The translations under genes were made by a program, and so were the position numbers. Positions 19,771 to 29,574 of a stretch of 64,000 nucleotides of DNA are shown piece after piece. Below the pieces are notes generated by a model. It saw nothing but the letters and a program-made list of their open reading frames with translations, was not told the DNA's origin and searched no databases. Position 1 is the first letter of the stretch; every line of letters starts with the position of its first letter. The stretch is from a virus, in IMG/VR virus record IMGVR_UViG_3300025617_000013, positions 23,664-87,663 of that record. One strand, written 5' to 3'.

Positions 19771-22700
19771 ATGACGTACGATGAAATTAAGCAACGGCTA
19801 GCACAGGTTGAAAACACATTGCAAACTATCAGCAATACAGGAAAACCGGTATTAGTTAATTCATACACCGCTAAATCTTTAGAAAAACTAACTACTCTAA
19901 AAGAATCACTACAAAAACAATTAGCAGAAAAAGACGAGACTATGTTCATTTCTACCAAAGGAGGCGATACTAAAGCCGTTAAAATGGATAGAAAGACTGC
20001 CATGGATCTTAAAAAAGATCCTAACATTACAGGAATCGATACAGCAAAAGGTCAATCCTTAAAAGAAGTAGACAGATTAATTAAAAACTCAGGTGTAGAG
20101 TTTGATAAAAAGGAAGTAGCAATTGTTGCTAAATCTACCGGTAAAGCATTAGCCATTGCATTAAAGAAAGCAGGTGATGAAATCGCTAGAATGAAAGCTA
20201 TAAGATTGGATGTTAATAGTTTTGATGTAGAGGTAACGTATAAAGGTGAAAACAGAGGCTATGATGAGTTTTCTTTTTATATTACCGATAACGAGTTACA
20301 TCTAGTAGATTTTTCATTCGACAAAACACTAGTCCAAGTAGGTGTTAAGCCTTCAGGAGAACCAATCGTAAACGTGGATGTACTAGCAAATGAACTCTTA
20401 AAACACTTCAAATCTTTAAATGAGCAAGTAAACGAAGTAAACTACGATTATTACACTACCCCAAAACATTTTGATATCTGCCCAGGAGCTGAAACATTAA
20501 GAGATGAAGTTTTAGCAAGCGGTAAATCACCTGAAGAATTAGGAGAATGGACCTTTAAACATGACGAATTATTTAGATTAGAAAAAGCAGTCTTAAAAGC
20601 AAATAAAGCTGACGAAAGACATGTTAAAGTAGCTAAACAATTAGCAGGAGAAATTACTCACCTTTCTAGAGATTTAGGAATTGAAGCCAATAAAATAGGG
20701 TACTTAAAAGGGCACGTTAAGAAAATCGAAGATGTAGCTAACAAGACTGATGGACGTGGTGATAATATGTCATTAAGAAGCAGAGACATTTATGAAGGTG
20801 AAGGAGATGACCATCATTACATTAAAGTAAAATCACATGATTATAAGAAGGCTATGGCTATCTTAGATCAAAACATAGATCCAACTTACGTAAAAACAGA
20901 AGTAGTTGACGACGACGGAGCAGGTAACGTAATTATTTACTTTATATTCAGACATGAATACGGATTCGACGATATGTACGATGATCCAGAAGGTAAAGAA
21001 AACCCAGAATTTTATCAAGAACCAGACGAAGATCCAAATGCGTTTGTGTATGATGTAGTAATGGATTTACGAGCAAACGATATTGAACTAGCAGATCATT
21101 CAGCTGAAATGGATGAAGATTACGATCCAGATCAAGAGCAGAAACACGACGAAGAAGATCATGGAGTAGCATACGATGACGACGGAAGACCTCTAGGAGA
21201 GGATTTAGACGTTGGACATCAAGATGATGAGCCTAGTATGTTAAAATCTTCTGCTTTCGAAACAGCTACCTATGCTGCTAAATTAGCAAAGAAATTAGCT
21301 CAATATGATCAAGTAGACGGAGAAGTAGATTTTCCTAACTGGTGGCAAAAGAAATTAATATTAGCTAGAGACTATATGTCTGCAGCATATCACTACTTAG
21401 AATCAGAAGAAAAACAACCTCTTATTGATAAGTTAGCTTTAGAATCTGTTAGTGAAGTTTCTTTAAATAAGATACAAAAATCTTACGACCAGACAATTAG
21501 TATAATGAAAGATCTTGCTAAAAAATATAAGGCAGGAGACAAATCAGTAGTTGATCAATTAAAAACTTTAACTATAACAAAGAAAAAGTTAGAAAAGCAA
21601 TTAGATGATAAAATATCTGGCTCAGGAAGGGATCAAGAATTAACTATTAATGAATCAGCATCTAGAGATTTAGATGAAATATTTGGAGCATTAGGATATA
21701 GACAGGGGTTTGATGAATTTATTGAAGATAACCCAGGATGTGTAGAAGTAATAATGGAATGGATCGGAGGAATATCTGATTTTCAAGAAAAATTATCTCA
21801 AGAATACGATAATGAAGAGTTAGAAAATTTAGGATTTTACTTTGGCGATGATGATTATAACGAAGTAATTAGAGAGTCACTAAACCCAGAAGTATCCCAA
21901 GCAGTAAATCGTTTTATTAAAGCAATGGCTAAACGATATAGCTACAGCGAACAAGATGCTGTATTTGCTATCATGGCTGCTTTAAAACAAAGAAAATTTG
22001 ATGGTTTAAATGAAGCTAATAATTTACTTAAACAAGACGCATTATCACCTGCAGAATATCAAAAAGCTAAAAAATTAAAGGGATTTGATTCTAAAAATTA
22101 TAAATGGGATAAAGATCAAGAACTTCATTTAATTAGAAAAATGAGTGAAGATTTAGATGTAGGTAAAAAACCTCTGAAAGAATTTACTGATAATAGTTTC
22201 AAAGGTTCAGAACTAATCGACGATGCTAATAGTAACGCACCTGATATGTTTGGTAAACAAATATTTGCAGATCTATTACCTAAAGGAGTAGCTAGTGAAA
22301 ACGATGCAATTGAAGCTTTAAAGAAACATGATAAGAGTGGTATCAAAGCTAGAATGGGACAGTATGCTCCTATGTTTGTTCACGTTCAATACCATGAATT
22401 AGAGCATGAAGGTGAATACTATAGAATGCATCAAAGACAATACTATAACAGTAACTTTAAAGATAGAGACCCAGACTTTAATCCTGCAGTATCTAAAATT
22501 ACATTATTTAAGATTACTAAGAAAGCAGCAGATAGACGTGATAAAGAAGAAAAAGAAGTGTTAGGAACTATACTAGTTAAAACAGATCAGTACGTACAAG
22601 ATCTAAGAAACTTACCTGGATTAGGTAAGAGACATATGGAAGAAGCTACTAGACAAGATTTAGGAATGGTATCATCTATATCTAAACGTAGAGCTAAAGC

Positions 22701-23121
22701 ACACTTAAAGAACCCATCTAATGATGGATCTAAAGTATACGGTTTAGATAAGGACGGCAAAAGAGTTCATATTAAAAATATCAACGACGTAGATAAATTT
22801 ACAAAATTCGAAATTGATGCTGATTTAAAAGAAGCTAAAGGAGGTCAAATAATGCCTGGAGATTATGTTAAAAATCAACACGGTAATATTTACCAAAGAG
22901 TAGATGGAAAAGTCGGTAGACATGATGCTTATGTTAGAGTTACTAACGGCAAACCAGGTAAAAAGAAAACTGGCTTACATGACTCTTTTAAATTAACTTT
23001 AGTTAAGAAAGACGAATTAACTGAAGGAGCAACATGCTGCGGTAAATGCGGTAGAGTACATGTTAAAGGAAACTGTAAAAGACCTTTTTTAAAAGGAAAG
23101 TCTCACTGTAGAAATAAATAA
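19771..23121 (+). CDS. Large modular acidic protein; putative protease-processed internal head polyprotein
   Basis: More than 15 [ILVM]xE sites delimit short unrelated segments; two modules are shared with 23125. Confidence 0.6.
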   Translation: MTYDEIKQRLAQVENTLQTISNTGKPVLVNSYTAKSLEKLTTLKESLQKQLAEKDETMFISTKGGDTKAVKMDRKTAMDLKKDPNITGIDTAKGQSLKEVDRLIKNSGVEFDKKEVAIVAKSTGKALAIALKKAGDEIARMKAIRLDVNSFDVEVTYKGENRGYDEFSFYITDNELHLVDFSFDKTLVQVGVKPSGEPIVNVDVLANELLKHFKSLNEQVNEVNYDYYTTPKHFDICPGAETLRDEVLASGKSPEELGEWTFKHDELFRLEKAVLKANKADERHVKVAKQLAGEITHLSRDLGIEANKIGYLKGHVKKIEDVANKTDGRGDNMSLRSRDIYEGEGDDHHYIKVKSHDYKKAMAILDQNIDPTYVKTEVVDDDGAGNVIIYFIFRHEYGFDDMYDDPEGKENPEFYQEPDEDPNAFVYDVVMDLRANDIELADHSAEMDEDYDPDQEQKHDEEDHGVAYDDDGRPLGEDLDVGHQDDEPSMLKSSAFETATYAAKLAKKLAQYDQVDGEVDFPNWWQKKLILARDYMSAAYHYLESEEKQPLIDKLALESVSEVSLNKIQKSYDQTISIMKDLAKKYKAGDKSVVDQLKTLTITKKKLEKQLDDKISGSGRDQELTINESASRDLDEIFGALGYRQGFDEFIEDNPGCVEVIMEWIGGISDFQEKLSQEYDNEELENLGFYFGDDDYNEVIRESLNPEVSQAVNRFIKAMAKRYSYSEQDAVFAIMAALKQRKFDGLNEANNLLKQDALSPAEYQKAKKLKGFDSKNYKWDKDQELHLIRKMSEDLDVGKKPLKEFTDNSFKGSELIDDANSNAPDMFGKQIFADLLPKGVASENDAIEALKKHDKSGIKARMGQYAPMFVHVQYHELEHEGEYYRMHQRQYYNSNFKDRDPDFNPAVSKITLFKITKKAADRRDKEEKEVLGTILVKTDQYVQDLRNLPGLGKRHMEEATRQDLGMVSSISKRRAKAHLKNPSNDGSKVYGLDKDGKRVHIKNINDVDKFTKFEIDADLKEAKGGQIMPGDYVKNQHGNIYQRVDGKVGRHDAYVRVTNGKPGKKKTGLHDSFKLTLVKKDELTEGATCCGKCGRVHVKGNCKRPFLKGKSHCRNK

Positions 23122-23124
23122 GAT

Positions 23125-25833
23125 ATGCATAAGTTAGAAAAACTCATATTAGAGTCTTACGTCGAACTACTTAACGAAATGGATGGTGGTCGATTATTTG
23201 ATTATTTTGCTAATAAAGGATACAAAGTAACAGAACGTAGACCAGATGGTTATCCACCAAAACCAGGAGTAGAAGGATATCAGGTAAATAGGGGCAGTGG
23301 TAGATATCCTCAATCAGTAATATTTCAACATAATAAGGATACTGATGAATTTACAATCAGTAGAATGAGTGGATATAGAATTGATCAAAAAAATGCTATA
23401 AAAGCAGGAATGAGAGAAGCAGGCAGTTCAGGAGCAGCCGGTATGGATTCTTATATGACAGATGGTAACTACACACCAGTAGGTATTTCAGCTGAAGGCT
23501 TAAAAGATATAGTAGACCATGTTATGACTGGTTTAGATCGAGAAGCTAAAGCACAAGGTGACTTTTATAAAGCTAGAGGACGTACATCAGGTACTATAGA
23601 TGAAATGGCTAAAGCTGATATGGAAAAAAAAGCCGGCAGTAATGTTATCCAGTGGGAAGATCTTACAGATAAACAAAGAGCCGGGATCGTTAAAAGGTAC
23701 GGTGAACCAATGTTTAACGGAGAGCATGATTTCTTTAGTAAAGACATGACTACCTACTTTAAGACTAATAGTAAAAGTAAAGAAACAGGTAGTATAGGTC
23801 ATTCAATCATTACATTACCTTCATTCTCCTCCCTATATAAGAACTTCTCAGACATTATTAACGATATTAAAAAGTTAATGGGTTCTGATGATGTAAGGGG
23901 AGATGAAGCAGCTAGAGAGCTTTTTGATATCACTAAAACTAACTTTAGAAAACTACAAAGATACCTAAGAACAGAAAGACCTGAGCAATATAGAATGCTT
24001 AAAATGCAGAGAATGATGGAGGGTATCAAATCGTCTTTTTCTAAGATAGAAGAGAAGATGGATATTAATGATCCAGTTATGCTAAAAGTAAGACGAGCTA
24101 AAATGCATTCAGATAGAATGAAAAAATTAGATGCTTATTTAAAATCTCCTGAAGGTAAAGCTGCTGCACGAGCACAAGCTAGTGCTGAAAGAAAAGAACA
24201 AAAAGCTAGAGAGATAGTTCGTAAATTAAAGATCAAGAGAGCCCAAGTAGAAAGAGAGATGGAGAACGATCCAGACATCGAACCTCAAGGAGGCCCAGTA
24301 TCTGATATGTACGGAGACCAATTAAATAAAATTGACAATGCTATTGAAAAAGCAGCATCTGTATACAATAAACCTATGGACTACGATACAGCAGTCGGTA
24401 AAATAAATGAATTTGTAGGTGATGCTTGGGAAAAAAGAAATGGAATTCTTTATGACAAACTTGTTAAAGGTTCTGGAAAATCAGATACTGTAGAAGGAGA
24501 AATTTTGAGAGCAGTAAATAGAATTATATATAGATGGGGTAATGATGGAGATTACTTTTGGAAAGGGTACGGAACAGAAACAGTAGGTCCTGCTATATCA
24601 TACTTAGTTAATAGCTCAATGATACCACAAATAATCCAAAGTAAATTTAATGCTTGGGAAAGTAATAATGAAGGTAAAAATTACGGTATAAAAGAATTAG
24701 AAGATCTTCTTGCAATAGCTTTAGAGTATATAGAAAGGAAAGACGAAAGTGAATATTCTAAGAATACAGAAGATATGTTTGATTACGAATCTGAGTATCA
24801 AGATGAAGAAGAAGATGATTACGATGATTATGATGATTACGATGAAGAAGATGATGAATATTTTCAAGAAGGTTCTGCAACACATGATGATGGTGGAGAT
24901 TTAGATGTAGGACATCAAGATGATGAGCCTGCAATGCTAAAAAATAAAATGTATAGAGCAGCCAAACTTGCAAACATGCTATATGACAAGTTAGATGCTT
25001 ATGACCAAATGCCTCAAGAAGTAGACTTTCCAGATTGGTGGCAAACAAAGCTATCAAAAGCCAAAGATATGATTCAATCCTGCTATGATTACTTAGATGG
25101 AGAAGAAGGAATGGCTGAAAAAGATGCTGAGAATACACAACCAGATATCGCAGCACTAGCTTTAGAGAATGTAAATGAAGACAAATCAGACGCTATTAGA
25201 TGGTTCGGTAACTTAAAGTATTATTACCAAAAAGCCTTTACAGAACTTAAAGGTGAAGACAGAGAAACTTATAAGCAATTAACTAAAGACTTCTTTTCTA
25301 AACTAAAAATTGATAAACACGTACGCCCAGTAGGGTTATCTGAAAGTGAAGGACAAGACTTATCAGAATTAAAACCTGGAGATAAGTTTGAATTCAACGG
25401 AAAAACATTTACCTTAATACAACATATAGAAGGAAATATCGCTAAAGTAATACGACCAAACGGAGATACTTCAACAGTTTCTTTTGGAGGTAAAGTAAAC
25501 ACTGGAAAGAAAGCCGGTATTGGACCTGATGCTTTCGGACAAGGAAAAGGCCATCACATAGATGAAGATCATTCTAAAAACCCAAACGACAAATATGTTG
25601 TACGTCCATGTAAGAATAAGAAAGAGCCTTGGGCGGTATGGGAAGGTGAAAAGAGAGTTAAAGGATTTGCTGAAAAGAAAGATGCTCAGGCATATGCAGA
25701 CAAGCAAAATAAGGAACAGGGGCTAAACGAAGAAAAATCAACTTGTTGCGGTAAATGTGGTAGAAAACACGTTAAAGGAACAAAATGTAAAACTCCTTAC
25801 TTAAAAGGAAAAGATCACTGTAGAACTAAATAG
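23125..25833 (+). CDS. Large modular protein; putative internal head polyprotein
   Basis: Leader MHKLEKLILE...LLNE; modules shared with 19771 and 25835. Confidence 0.6.
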   Translation: MHKLEKLILESYVELLNEMDGGRLFDYFANKGYKVTERRPDGYPPKPGVEGYQVNRGSGRYPQSVIFQHNKDTDEFTISRMSGYRIDQKNAIKAGMREAGSSGAAGMDSYMTDGNYTPVGISAEGLKDIVDHVMTGLDREAKAQGDFYKARGRTSGTIDEMAKADMEKKAGSNVIQWEDLTDKQRAGIVKRYGEPMFNGEHDFFSKDMTTYFKTNSKSKETGSIGHSIITLPSFSSLYKNFSDIINDIKKLMGSDDVRGDEAARELFDITKTNFRKLQRYLRTERPEQYRMLKMQRMMEGIKSSFSKIEEKMDINDPVMLKVRRAKMHSDRMKKLDAYLKSPEGKAAARAQASAERKEQKAREIVRKLKIKRAQVEREMENDPDIEPQGGPVSDMYGDQLNKIDNAIEKAASVYNKPMDYDTAVGKINEFVGDAWEKRNGILYDKLVKGSGKSDTVEGEILRAVNRIIYRWGNDGDYFWKGYGTETVGPAISYLVNSSMIPQIIQSKFNAWESNNEGKNYGIKELEDLLAIALEYIERKDESEYSKNTEDMFDYESEYQDEEEDDYDDYDDYDEEDDEYFQEGSATHDDGGDLDVGHQDDEPAMLKNKMYRAAKLANMLYDKLDAYDQMPQEVDFPDWWQTKLSKAKDMIQSCYDYLDGEEGMAEKDAENTQPDIAALALENVNEDKSDAIRWFGNLKYYYQKAFTELKGEDRETYKQLTKDFFSKLKIDKHVRPVGLSESEGQDLSELKPGDKFEFNGKTFTLIQHIEGNIAKVIRPNGDTSTVSFGGKVNTGKKAGIGPDAFGQGKGHHIDEDHSKNPNDKYVVRPCKNKKEPWAVWEGEKRVKGFAEKKDAQAYADKQNKEQGLNEEKSTCCGKCGRKHVKGTKCKTPYLKGKDHCRTK

Positions 25834-25834
25834 T

Positions 25835-26887
25835 ATGGATAAAATACAAAAACTTATTTTAGAAGCATATAGTAAGGTATCTGAAAGAACTGAAGGTACT
25901 AAAAAACTCAAAGAACTACCAGATGCCTTTGTAAAAGCTCTAAGTAAAAAGTACGGAGAAGTAGATATGGAAAATGATTTCGTATCTCCCAACCTAGATA
26001 CATACTATAAACATACAAGTACTAATAAAAAAACCGGTAGTATCGATCATAAGATTTATGAACTACCTTCTTTTTATAAACTGTACGGTGAATTTGAATC
26101 TATTATAAGTGATATAAAAACTTTAATGGGAAACGAAGATGTACGAAACGATCAAGCAGCCCGTGAATTATTTGAACTTATCAAAACTAACTTTAGAAAA
26201 CTTCAAAGCTACTTAAGAAAGGAAAGACCAGATCAATATGCTATCATAAGAGGTAGAGCAGAATTAAAAGAACTACATGAATCTTTTTTAAAAACCGCTT
26301 CACTTATTAACGAGTCTTTAATTGATGAGTTAGAAGATAAACCAGAACCTGAAGAGGAACCTGATACTGATGCTCCAAAAGAAACTGTTCTTGAAGATGC
26401 TACAGATAAAATTTTAGGTAAATTTCCAACTTTAAAAGCTGCTATAACTAAACTTCAAACAGAAGACTTTAAAGAGTTTGTAGACAGTATAGATTGGATT
26501 TCACCCCGACCTACTTCTTTTCGTATTAATTTAAAAAACGGACAAGATTACGTTTTAAAATGGACAGGTAAATCATTTCAAGCTCAAATTTTAGGTAAAA
26601 GGTATTTACTTTCTAATATAGCAGACTATCAACAAGCTCTTGATAAATTAGCCATACTCTATAAAGAAGCACCTTTAAAAGGAGCAGGAGAAGGAGAAGG
26701 CGGAGAAACAGGAGATGAATTTACCGGAGGTGGAGGAGGAGATTTTCCTGGCGAAGAAGGTGGAGCAACAGGAGGTGAAGATGACTTTGCAGCAGACGAT
26801 ACCGGAGGCGGTGATGAAGGTGGCGGAGAAGATTTATCCGGTGAACCAATAGATTTTGAAGACACAGCAGAAGAACCAGAAGCATAG
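25835..26887 (+). CDS. Modular hypothetical protein with acidic Gly-rich tail; probable head protein
   Basis: Leader MDKIQKLILE; N-terminal module paralogous to a segment of 23125. Confidence 0.6.
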   Translation: MDKIQKLILEAYSKVSERTEGTKKLKELPDAFVKALSKKYGEVDMENDFVSPNLDTYYKHTSTNKKTGSIDHKIYELPSFYKLYGEFESIISDIKTLMGNEDVRNDQAARELFELIKTNFRKLQSYLRKERPDQYAIIRGRAELKELHESFLKTASLINESLIDELEDKPEPEEEPDTDAPKETVLEDATDKILGKFPTLKAAITKLQTEDFKEFVDSIDWISPRPTSFRINLKNGQDYVLKWTGKSFQAQILGKRYLLSNIADYQQALDKLAILYKEAPLKGAGEGEGGETGDEFTGGGGGDFPGEEGGATGGEDDFAADDTGGGDEGGGEDLSGEPIDFEDTAEEPEA

Positions 26888-27967
26888 ATGGATATTATAG
26901 ATAAATTATATACGGAATGGGCTTGGAGAACTAAAAATGGTACCCCAGATATTAATAACCCTGAAGATAAAGGTATTTTAGATTCTTTAATTAAGGAATT
27001 ATCCGGTAACGAAGGAGGAGTATCTAAAAAAGAAGTACTTACAGCTATTAATCAAGGAGATTTTACACCAGAACAGTTAAAATCTATACTTAATACTGTG
27101 TCCGGTCTTGCTTATAAAGCAGATATAATTAAATATCTTAATACAAAAGGGAAAGGTGTAAGTTCTATATCTAATAGAATTTATAACATTATGGTAGAAA
27201 ATGGTGATATTAAAACTTACCATGATGCAGTAACAGGAAACAAGTTACCTTCCTATAATGCTTTAGGAAGTGAAGGTAATTTAAAAAATCTTTTTTCAAA
27301 GTATTATTCCGCTGATACGATTAATTTCTTATTTGATATTAAACCTCAAATAGGTAACGTAGCTACCGGAAAAGGAGAAATATTACTTAGCGTATTATGT
27401 TCAGACGTCACTGGAGATACCAGAGCCGGTGATATAGAAGCTTCAGGAAAACCAGTAGAAGTAAAAAATAGAGGAGCAAAACCCTACGGACAGAAAGCAC
27501 AGTATGGAACTAATAGCGATAAAACGTTTATTGATTCTAGTGTAAAAAATACTCAAAGAATTGTTGGAGAGTTAGATCAGGTAGTAACTAAAGGTAGTAG
27601 ACCTTTTCATAGGTTAAATATTATTTTAAAAGCTGCTCAAGAAGTAGATAATACAAAAACAGAAGAAGTTATTAACGGATTCACCGAAGCGTTGAAGACA
27701 AGCTATCCAGGATTAGATTTAACAAACTTTGATTTAAAATCATTTAAATCTGGTACAGTATTAGATGCAGACAAGATTGAACAAGAATTCGGTAAATTAG
27801 TTATAGACCATTATAGAACTTTAGAGGATTTTGAAGAAGTTTTATTTTTAGATGATAAATCTGGTAATTATGCTAAAGTACCTACTGATAAACTAGTTAG
27901 TTTGGTTGGTACTAAAATAGCTGTAGTACAAAAAGACGGTCTTCCTCGATGGTCTTATAAATTTTAG
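26888..27967 (+). CDS. Putative PD-(D/E)xK nuclease-like protein
   Basis: 'GKGE...GDI......VEVK' catalytic pattern after an N-terminal leader ending in LIKE. Confidence 0.45.
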   Translation: MDIIDKLYTEWAWRTKNGTPDINNPEDKGILDSLIKELSGNEGGVSKKEVLTAINQGDFTPEQLKSILNTVSGLAYKADIIKYLNTKGKGVSSISNRIYNIMVENGDIKTYHDAVTGNKLPSYNALGSEGNLKNLFSKYYSADTINFLFDIKPQIGNVATGKGEILLSVLCSDVTGDTRAGDIEASGKPVEVKNRGAKPYGQKAQYGTNSDKTFIDSSVKNTQRIVGELDQVVTKGSRPFHRLNIILKAAQEVDNTKTEEVINGFTEALKTSYPGLDLTNFDLKSFKSGTVLDADKIEQEFGKLVIDHYRTLEDFEEVLFLDDKSGNYAKVPTDKLVSLVGTKIAVVQKDGLPRWSYKF

Positions 27968-27969
27968 TT

Positions 27970-29544
27970 ATGGCACAAGACATAAAAAAAATAATTGCAC
28001 AGGAGTATATCAAATGTGCAAAGGATCCGGCGTACTTTATGAAGAAGTATTGTCACATCCAGCATCCACAAAGAGGTAGGATATTATTTAACCTATACCC
28101 ATTCCAAGATAAAGTACTCCACTTATTTAGAGACGAACAATTTATTATAACTCTTAAATCTAGACAGTTAGGTATATCAACTCTTGCTGCTGGATACTCT
28201 CTATGGTTAATGTTATTCCATAAAGATAAAAACGTACTTGCATTAGCAACCACACAGGCTACTGCTCGTAACCTTGTAACAAAGGTTATCTTTATGTATG
28301 ACGAGTTACCAAGGTGGCTAAAACTACCTTCTGTAGAAAAAAATAAACTATCACTAAGACTTAAGAACGGTTCTAAGGTACAGGCTAAATCATCTAATGC
28401 TGATGCAGCTAGATCGGAAGCGGTATCATTATTATTAATAGATGAGGCTGCTTTTATTGATAACATTGACGAAACCTTCGCAGCAGCACAGCAAACACTA
28501 GCTACCGGGGGTCAATGTATGGCCTTATCTACACCAAATGGTATCGGTAACTGGTTTCACCAAACATGGGAAAAAGCTGAAACAGGGGAAAATTCATTTG
28601 TACCTGTAAGATTACCTTGGACTGTACACCCGGAAAGAAATCAAGATTGGAGAGATCAACAAGATAGAGATTTAGGACCTAGAATGGCAGGACAGGAATG
28701 TGACTGTGACTTCTTAGCTTCAGGGGATACTGTATTTGAACCAACCGACCTTATATTCTATGAAGAAACTTATCAAAAAGATCCGGTAGAGAAAAGAGGC
28801 GTTGATAGTAATTTATGGATATGGGAACCTGCTGATTACACTAAATCATATATGGTTGTAGCGGATGTCTCTAGAGGAGATTCTGCGGATTATTCAGCAT
28901 TTCATATATTTGACATAGAAACTTGTACTCAAGTCGGGGAATATAAAGGTAAAATATCTCCTAAAGATTTCGGTAACGTACTTGTAGGTATAGCAACTGA
29001 ATACAATGAAGCACTTTTAGTGGTAGAAAACGCTAATATAGGTTGGGCTACTATAGAACAGGTATTGGAAAGAGAATATAGGAATATGTACTATAGCTCT
29101 ACATCTAATATGGAGACAGTAGAATCCTATATGAATAAGTATGAAAGAGATAAACTTGTTCCTGGTTTTACCATGTCAATGAAAACACGACCATTAGTAA
29201 TTGCCAAGATAATAGAGTATATCAGAGAAAGATCCGTTACTATACAATCTAAAAGATTGATGGCAGAAATGAGAGTATTCGTATGGAAAAACGGTAAACC
29301 TCAAGCACAAACTAACTACAATGATGATTTACTTATGGCTTGTGCAACTGCACTATATGTTAGAGATACAGCACTAAGATTACGTCAACAAGGTATGGAT
29401 TTAGCAAGAGCACAATTATCTTCTTTTAGTAGTCTTAATGCAAAGAACCAAGCAGTTATGAAAAATGTTGGTAGCCAACTAGAAAATCCGTATCTTACTA
29501 AGACACCGTACGGAGATGAAGATATCCGTTGGTTACTTAAATAG
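27970..29544 (+). CDS. terL: Terminase large subunit (T4 gp17-like)
   Basis: 'LYPFQ' adenine-binding motif, Walker A 'KSRQLGIST', Walker B 'LLIDEAAF', 'STPNG', nuclease 'ADVSRG..DYS' and 'DDLLMA'. Confidence 0.95.
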   Translation: MAQDIKKIIAQEYIKCAKDPAYFMKKYCHIQHPQRGRILFNLYPFQDKVLHLFRDEQFIITLKSRQLGISTLAAGYSLWLMLFHKDKNVLALATTQATARNLVTKVIFMYDELPRWLKLPSVEKNKLSLRLKNGSKVQAKSSNADAARSEAVSLLLIDEAAFIDNIDETFAAAQQTLATGGQCMALSTPNGIGNWFHQTWEKAETGENSFVPVRLPWTVHPERNQDWRDQQDRDLGPRMAGQECDCDFLASGDTVFEPTDLIFYEETYQKDPVEKRGVDSNLWIWEPADYTKSYMVVADVSRGDSADYSAFHIFDIETCTQVGEYKGKISPKDFGNVLVGIATEYNEALLVVENANIGWATIEQVLEREYRNMYYSSTSNMETVESYMNKYERDKLVPGFTMSMKTRPLVIAKIIEYIRERSVTIQSKRLMAEMRVFVWKNGKPQAQTNYNDDLLMACATALYVRDTALRLRQQGMDLARAQLSSFSSLNAKNQAVMKNVGSQLENPYLTKTPYGDEDIRWLLK

Positions 29545-29547
29545 AAC

Positions 29548-29555
29548 TATTTATA
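29548..29555 (+). promoter_or_regulatory. TATTTATA putative late promoter
   Basis: 27 nt upstream of the portal ATG. Confidence 0.65.
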
Positions 29556-29574
29556 TATATAAAATTACACCTTA

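Noticed and set aside
24790-24860. GATGATTA[CT] short tandem repeats
   Set aside because: Simply encode an acidic DDYDDYDDY linker; no sign of a phase-variable tract.
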